A stretch of DNA of 53,987 nt, taken from Gammaproteobacteria bacterium (GTDB lineage: Bacteria > Pseudomonadota > Gammaproteobacteria > Pseudomonadales > Azotimanducaceae). A program made the translations under genes and the position numbers. The notes under the pieces are model-generated. The model worked only from the letters and a program-made list of their open reading frames with translations, searched no databases and was not told where the DNA came from. Below are positions 49,163 to 53,987 of this stretch, piece after piece. The number at the start of each line of letters is the position of its first letter. The stretch's first letter is position 1. The DNA lies in NCBI GenBank assembly GCA_012961165.1, contig DTZW01000398.1:10264-64250 (forward strand), given 5' to 3'.

Positions 49163-50284
49163 TTAGTCAGTAACAGGCGCATATTGCTCGATCTGCGGAA
49201 GGCTTCGGATTTTCTGGGCCATAGAGGAAACAGAAAATTTGGCGCCAAGCCGGTCAAGTGCTCTTTGCGTCATCTCATCGGAATTGGGTTTTGTGAGTGC
49301 ACGAACAGCTTCCAGTTGCCAGGTCAGGTCACGGGCATTCCCACACTCGAACAGTAGCCCGGTATCACCAATGACGCTGGCCGGGCCAGGTGCATCTGAA
49401 CAAACTATCGGTACCTGAGCTGCCATGGCCTCGAGCAACACTAGCCCGAACGCTTCCTCACTCGTTGATGGAAGCACGAAAGCATCAAATGCTTTCATCA
49501 ACCTTCGCGCTTCATCCTTTGCGCCACAAAATACCACCCGGTCCTGTACACCAAGCTTCTTTGCCAGCATCTTAAGCTCAGGCATTAGCTCACCGTCTCC
49601 TACGAACGCCAGCACGGAATCGTCATGCACACCAGCAAACGCTTCGATCAGCAATCTGTGATCCTTTTTCCGAACCAGTCGGCCCACGGTGCCGTAGCAA
49701 TATGAACCGAGCGGAATACCCAACTCATGTCTCGCGGACACAGGATCGCGAAGCGTCGCCGCTTCGATAGCATGGGGCAACAGGTGAACTCGACTCTGCA
49801 GGTGCGGCGCCTGTTCAAGGAGTGCCTGGCAAACTGGCTGGGAGACGCCGATTAGCTGAACGTTTTCTTTCCAGAACCTCGAAAAGAAAGACCGCAATAC
49901 CCGGCCAAGAAAACCAAACTCATGCATGACCCCAATGACGGCACCGATCTTTAGCTTGTAGTTCAGCAACAGGGCTATAAAGAAGGGTTTGTATCGGTGC
50001 GCCAGGATAACGTCCGGTAGCTCATCGGCAATAATTTCCTTTACCCGTCGGTACGGTTCAAGTTTAAGGCCGCGAAGAGATCCAGGTGGCAAAGTGAGGA
50101 ATTCGACATCACCATGGATGGTGGACGCCAGCTCTGAAGATGGCGGGCCGCGCAAGAAAACGGTCTTGACCTCACAGTCAGAGAAACTTCCTGCATACTG
50201 CCGTGCGACCGTTCGAAACGGTCCTTTGTAGTCATGACAGATCTGTAGGATTCTGGGTTTTTCGTCTGGCTGTTTCTCGGCCAT
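49163..50284 (-). CDS. GT-B glycosyltransferase (GT4-like), probable LPS core glycosyltransferase
   Basis: 373 aa with the C-terminal EX7E-type motif PSTSEEAFGLVLLEAMA. Located between hldE and the carbamoyltransferase/kinase genes. Confidence 0.82.
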   Translation of the reverse strand: MAEKQPDEKPRILQICHDYKGPFRTVARQYAGSFSDCEVKTVFLRGPPSSELASTIHGDVEFLTLPPGSLRGLKLEPYRRVKEIIADELPDVILAHRYKPFFIALLLNYKLKIGAVIGVMHEFGFLGRVLRSFFSRFWKENVQLIGVSQPVCQALLEQAPHLQSRVHLLPHAIEAATLRDPVSARHELGIPLGSYCYGTVGRLVRKKDHRLLIEAFAGVHDDSVLAFVGDGELMPELKMLAKKLGVQDRVVFCGAKDEARRLMKAFDAFVLPSTSEEAFGLVLLEAMAAQVPIVCSDAPGPASVIGDTGLLFECGNARDLTWQLEAVRALTKPNSDEMTQRALDRLGAKFSVSSMAQKIRSLPQIEQYAPVTD

Positions 50285-50287
50285 CTA

Positions 50288-52021
50288 TTATTTGCGTTTG
50301 GTAACCAGCAAATCTTCAAGCACCAAATACTCAAGATCAGAACCAAAAAACATATTGAGGGCATCTGTTGGTGAACACACCATCGGTTCGCCGCGTCGAT
50401 TCATCGAGGTATTGAGTACTGCTCCGTTACCATTAAGCCGCTCCATCTCCTTTAGCAAAGCATGATATCTTGGATTGGTTGATTCTTCGACGATCTGGAC
50501 GCGAGATGTGCCATCTTCGTGCACAACTTCCGGGATTCGAGATTTCCACTCTTCTGAAACTTCAAATGTAATTGTCATGTAAGGAGCTGGATGGTCAGTC
50601 TGTATCATGTCCTTTGCGACAGTATCCAGAACACTTGGGCAAAAAGGTCGCCATCTCTCTCGAAATTTAATCTGTTCGTTGATCTTGTTGGCAATTCCCC
50701 CGTAACTTGGGCTCCCCAGAATACTCCGCCCACCCAACGCTCTGGGCCCGAACTCCATACGCCCCTGGCACCAGGCTACCGGATTGCCCTGGTTAAGCAA
50801 CTCTGCTGCTCGCTCGACAATGTTGCCGGGTTTTTCATACACCGGGTGCCCTGGATGTGATTCACAGGCGTCGATGCACTCATCCGTTGAATACCTCGGA
50901 CCGAGAAAAACATGTTCCATCTTTGCCGGAGTGACTCCCCGTCTCCAGGATGCAAAAGAGGCGGCACCAACGGCGGTACCCGCATCACTCGCCGCGGGTT
51001 GCACGAAAAACTCTTTGACATAGGGCAGACCCAGAATCTTCTGGTTGAGTTTCACGTTTAGCGCACCACCTCCCGCAAAAACAAGACGTCCTGTTTCGCG
51101 CAAAATATCACCAAGATAGGTATCTATCAGTTGCAGCGAAATATCCTCATACATTTTCTGCATCGCCGCTGCATAGTGGACATAAGGATCGTCAGCAATA
51201 TCACCCTGTCTTCTTGGCCCGAGCCAGTCAATCAGCTTCTGGCTAAAATAATATCCCTTGCGGCCTTCCTTGTATCTTCGAAGCCCAATGGTGTTCACGA
51301 GTTCAGTATTGACGGTGATTTCTTTGCCATCAAAATGGACTAGCCGTGACAAGTCATACAAATCGGCATTGCCATAAGGCGCCATACCCATCACCTTGTA
51401 CTCCCCATCCAACATTTCGAATCCAAGGTATTCGGTAAAAGATGCGTACAACTGTCCAAGGGAATCCGGGTCGTAGAATTCCTTGATCTTATGAATGTGC
51501 CCGTTCTCTCCATATCCGAAAAAGGTTGTCGCGTACTCCCCCTTACCGTCGATGCCCAGGATCGCAGTCTTTCCTTCAAAACCTGACAGGTGATACGAAC
51601 TGCTGGCATGCGCTATATGATGTTCTACGGCATCGAATTCAATATCAGCCCAGTTGATACCTAGCGCTACCAGCAGTTCACGAACCTTCTTGACGTTTCT
51701 TCGGTAATGCCTGTTACCGTTAAATATCGCATCCAACGCCCTCTCCGGCGCATACCAGTGCCGTTTCGCGTAGTGCCATCTGGCTTTACCGAAAAGGCTG
51801 ATCTTCCCGAAAGGGAACGCGACGACATCCACGTCCCTGGCCTTGAGTTTAGCTTCCCGCAGAACATAACGTGCCGCGTGCAGTGGCATGGCGTTTTTTG
51901 CATGTTTTTGCCGGGTAAATCGCTCTTCTTCAGCGGCGGCAATAAGCTCACCATCAACATAGATGGCTGCAGAGGGATCATGGGTCAGCGCACCAGACAG
52001 ACCAAGAACAACTAGGGACAA
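50288..52021 (-). CDS. Carbamoyltransferase (NodU/CmcH family), probable LPS-core O-carbamoyltransferase
   Basis: 577 aa. The N-terminus VLGLSGALTHDPSAAIYVDGELIAAAEEERFTRQKH and the overall length are typical of NodU/CmcH enzymes. From memory, P. aeruginosa has an equivalent gene in its core-OS cluster. Confidence 0.85.
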   Translation of the reverse strand: MSLVVLGLSGALTHDPSAAIYVDGELIAAAEEERFTRQKHAKNAMPLHAARYVLREAKLKARDVDVVAFPFGKISLFGKARWHYAKRHWYAPERALDAIFNGNRHYRRNVKKVRELLVALGINWADIEFDAVEHHIAHASSSYHLSGFEGKTAILGIDGKGEYATTFFGYGENGHIHKIKEFYDPDSLGQLYASFTEYLGFEMLDGEYKVMGMAPYGNADLYDLSRLVHFDGKEITVNTELVNTIGLRRYKEGRKGYYFSQKLIDWLGPRRQGDIADDPYVHYAAAMQKMYEDISLQLIDTYLGDILRETGRLVFAGGGALNVKLNQKILGLPYVKEFFVQPAASDAGTAVGAASFASWRRGVTPAKMEHVFLGPRYSTDECIDACESHPGHPVYEKPGNIVERAAELLNQGNPVAWCQGRMEFGPRALGGRSILGSPSYGGIANKINEQIKFRERWRPFCPSVLDTVAKDMIQTDHPAPYMTITFEVSEEWKSRIPEVVHEDGTSRVQIVEESTNPRYHALLKEMERLNGNGAVLNTSMNRRGEPMVCSPTDALNMFFGSDLEYLVLEDLLVTKRK

Positions 52022-52108
52022 AGTGAATGCTCAATATGACGTAGGTCGCCTATTCTAGGGAAAGTCCGGGTAAAAGTCCGGTTAACTATCGACAGAAAAG
52101 GTCGGGCT

Positions 52109-53533
52109 TTAGCCGAGAAGGTCAGTGAATCTTTGCTTAACCTGGGGAATAGATTCCCAGTTCCTCATAAAGCGGGCGATATCTTTCTTCTCTGCGCGGT
52201 CTCTATCAACCGGATTCGTGTGTTCTTTCATGGAATCCAGATCAATGATCACCGGGCCATCGCTACCGAGAAGAAAATTACTCGCCTTCAGGTCACCATG
52301 AGAAACGCCAGCGGCCGCCAGTTCTTTTAGAATATCGACGATGGATGCCATCTCTGCCATTGGGTTTTCTTTCTCTGGCAATACCGTCGCATCAGGTCCA
52401 TCGATGTACTCAGTGACGAAATAAGCTCTTCGTCTTAGGGGTCCAAAACGCTCCTCAACCAACGCCACCGGCTTCACTGTGCTGATACCAAGGAAATCCA
52501 GCCGATTGGCATTAGCCCAGGAAATCCAGGCCCTGCTCTTGCGAAAAGCACGGCTGATGCCATGGCCTAAGCCCTTGATGTTGTAACGTTTCACCACCAA
52601 CGGGCCAGACGGTCCATCAACCAGGGCGACCGTCGCAGAGTTCCCGGCTTTTAACAGTTTGCCGGATTCCATTCGTTCATCAATTCGGCTTAATAGTTCT
52701 CTCATCGCTGGTGAATCGTATCCACGCTCACAGACTAAGAACCGGTTGAAGGAATGCTCACAGATGAATCGCGTACATTCACGAAACGCTTTGCCAATGT
52801 ACTCTTTTTTACGCCTGGACCTTTTCGAATCAATGAGATTGATCAGCCGCAGGTACCTGCCTTCATCCACAGGCCACGCACGCAACTGTCGGTACTGCTC
52901 AAGCCATTCAGAGACGAGATGATCAAAGCGTGCATGAAATTGTGCAAAGAAAAGTGCGATGTTATCCAGGCTTTTGTGCGCTCCCAGGGAACCTCTCCCA
53001 TGCCGGGTGACATCACCGCCATCTATCGTATAGATCAGGCCGGAACAAAACAGGAAGTTTTCAGGGTGGATATCATTTTGCACCACACCGCCTTCGTGCA
53101 GCGCAGCGAGTGCAGGAACCACCTTGCCAATCAACCGAAGCCGCTGCTCATCATTTTCAGATTCTTTCCATACATCAAGCAGGTTTCTTGCGTCAGAAAT
53201 ATATTCAAAGCCAAGCACGTGCCCCCTGGCCGACTTCTTCAAAGCCTGCCATTCAAGCGACGCTGTCAACACACCAGCATCTTCAATTGCGGCCGCCCCC
53301 GCAACTTCCCGTTTCGCGTATCGCCCGGAATAGCGACCAATAAAAACCTTGACCAGATACTGCTTGCCATCAACTTCTGCGACCGCAACGATTCTCTTCC
53401 GCGGTAACAGACGAAGAATTTTCTGCACTGTCATCTCTGTTTCTTCGCCGTCAGAGCCAATGAGCGAAAGAACAAACGGTTCTTGAAGGCCCCAATCAGA
53501 CCGAATCAGTATATCTGCATCAAAGTTGTTCAT
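52109..53533 (-). CDS. Lipopolysaccharide kinase (Kdo/WaaP) family protein with two tandem kinase-like domains
   Basis: 474 aa. The first half has YLVKVF, HEGGVVQNDIHPENFLF and IDGGD. The second half has LVVKRY, AAGVSHGDLKASNFLL and IIDLD. Confidence 0.8.
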   Translation of the reverse strand: MNNFDADILIRSDWGLQEPFVLSLIGSDGEETEMTVQKILRLLPRKRIVAVAEVDGKQYLVKVFIGRYSGRYAKREVAGAAAIEDAGVLTASLEWQALKKSARGHVLGFEYISDARNLLDVWKESENDEQRLRLIGKVVPALAALHEGGVVQNDIHPENFLFCSGLIYTIDGGDVTRHGRGSLGAHKSLDNIALFFAQFHARFDHLVSEWLEQYRQLRAWPVDEGRYLRLINLIDSKRSRRKKEYIGKAFRECTRFICEHSFNRFLVCERGYDSPAMRELLSRIDERMESGKLLKAGNSATVALVDGPSGPLVVKRYNIKGLGHGISRAFRKSRAWISWANANRLDFLGISTVKPVALVEERFGPLRRRAYFVTEYIDGPDATVLPEKENPMAEMASIVDILKELAAAGVSHGDLKASNFLLGSDGPVIIDLDSMKEHTNPVDRDRAEKKDIARFMRNWESIPQVKQRFTDLLG

Positions 53534-53538
53534 ATCCC

Positions 53539-53987
53539 TTATTCGCGCGCCTCAAAGAATCGAAGTACGCGATAAATCTCCTTCTTGTCTTTTACATTTA
53601 ATCGACTTTTCCCCTTGTATGCCAGATAGAAGCGCAGCCGTTCCATTTTGCTTAACTGCTGCCTTGCTATTTTATCCAGGCAGGCCAGGTCCTTGATTCT
53701 ACCTCGCACCAGAAATGGACCCGGCATCTTTCGCCCAAGCGGGCAGTCTATAAGATAGACCGTGGGATCAACTGTTACGTCGACCAAAATGTTACGCCAT
53801 TTCAGATCATTGTGGACAAAACCATGTCCGTGCATGTTCTGAACGGTCTCAGAGAGCCGACCAATGAGCTGCAATCGCCACTGACGATCACCCAGCAACG
53901 AGTGCCTGCTACCTGCCAGTGTCGCAAGGTCACTGGTTCCCCTCACCTCCCGGGTAATTAACGTGCCGCTGTAGGACCCGCTGCTAC
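53539..53987 (-). CDS. Lipopolysaccharide kinase (Kdo/WaaP) family protein, 5' end outside the window
   Basis: Catalytic-loop motif HGFVHNDLKWRNILV followed by YLIDCP. The frame stays open to the window edge, so the listed M at 53946 is probably internal. Confidence 0.8.
   Translation of the reverse strand, partial: SSGSYSGTLITREVRGTSDLATLAGSRHSLLGDRQWRLQLIGRLSETVQNMHGHGFVHNDLKWRNILVDVTVDPTVYLIDCPLGRKMPGPFLVRGRIKDLACLDKIARQQLSKMERLRFYLAYKGKSRLNVKDKKEIYRVLRFFEARE

Noticed and set aside
48702-49166. 154-aa plus-strand ORF covering the hldE upstream spacer
   Set aside because: About two-thirds of it is antisense to hldE. The remainder is the likely hldE promoter/5' UTR, and there is no motif.
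52754-53407. 217-aa plus-strand ORF
   Set aside because: It is antisense to the two-domain LPS kinase, which has clear catalytic motifs.

Overview
This 54-kb window is conserved core chromosome of a gammaproteobacterium. Nearly every non-antisense ORF is a recognisable housekeeping gene. On the minus strand, with a few plus-strand genes interspersed, the order is: pgpA-thiL-nusB-ribH-ribD-nrdR, ettA(+), radA-alr-dnaB, rplI-(membrane protein)-rpsR-rpsF, rlmB-rnr, tRNA-Leu(CAG)(+), a lone type IV pilin(+), purA-hisZ-DUF2065, hflC-hflK-hflX-hfq-miaA-mutL-amiB-tsaE-nnr, queG(+), orn, rhodanese-psd(+), epmA-efp, epmB(+), a FimX-type REC-PAS-GGDEF-EAL protein(+), serB, a membrane protein(+), parC-parE, DUF1249, waaA, FAD oxidoreductase plus aldo/keto reductase(+), hldE, and an LPS-core block (glycosyltransferase, carbamoyltransferase, two Kdo/WaaP-family kinases; the last runs off the window). 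From memory and unverified, the order closely mirrors Pseudomonas aeruginosa. The EF-P system, however, is the enterobacterial lysine type (K34 EF-P with epmA/epmB). I found no mobile element, CRISPR array, toxin-antitoxin pair, defence island or clearly novel multi-gene system, and I do not want to overstate the window. Five things stand out. (1) Short, near-perfect tandem repeats are unusually dense: seven arrays with units of 10-21 nt. Four are in-frame inside housekeeping genes (rpsF, rnr, amiB, nnr). (2) The conserved N-terminal reading frame of epmA has no canonical start codon; an out-of-frame 30-codon ATG ORF ends in a GTGA overlap with the first in-frame GTG. (3) An orphan pilin without a cysteine pair sits next to tRNA-Leu. 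(4) Hfq carries YKSSIS instead of the near-universal YKHAIS Sm2 motif. (5) A strong terminator after hflC is followed by three tandem UUCG-type mini-hairpins. All calls come from reading the supplied translations and sequence; no database search was possible.
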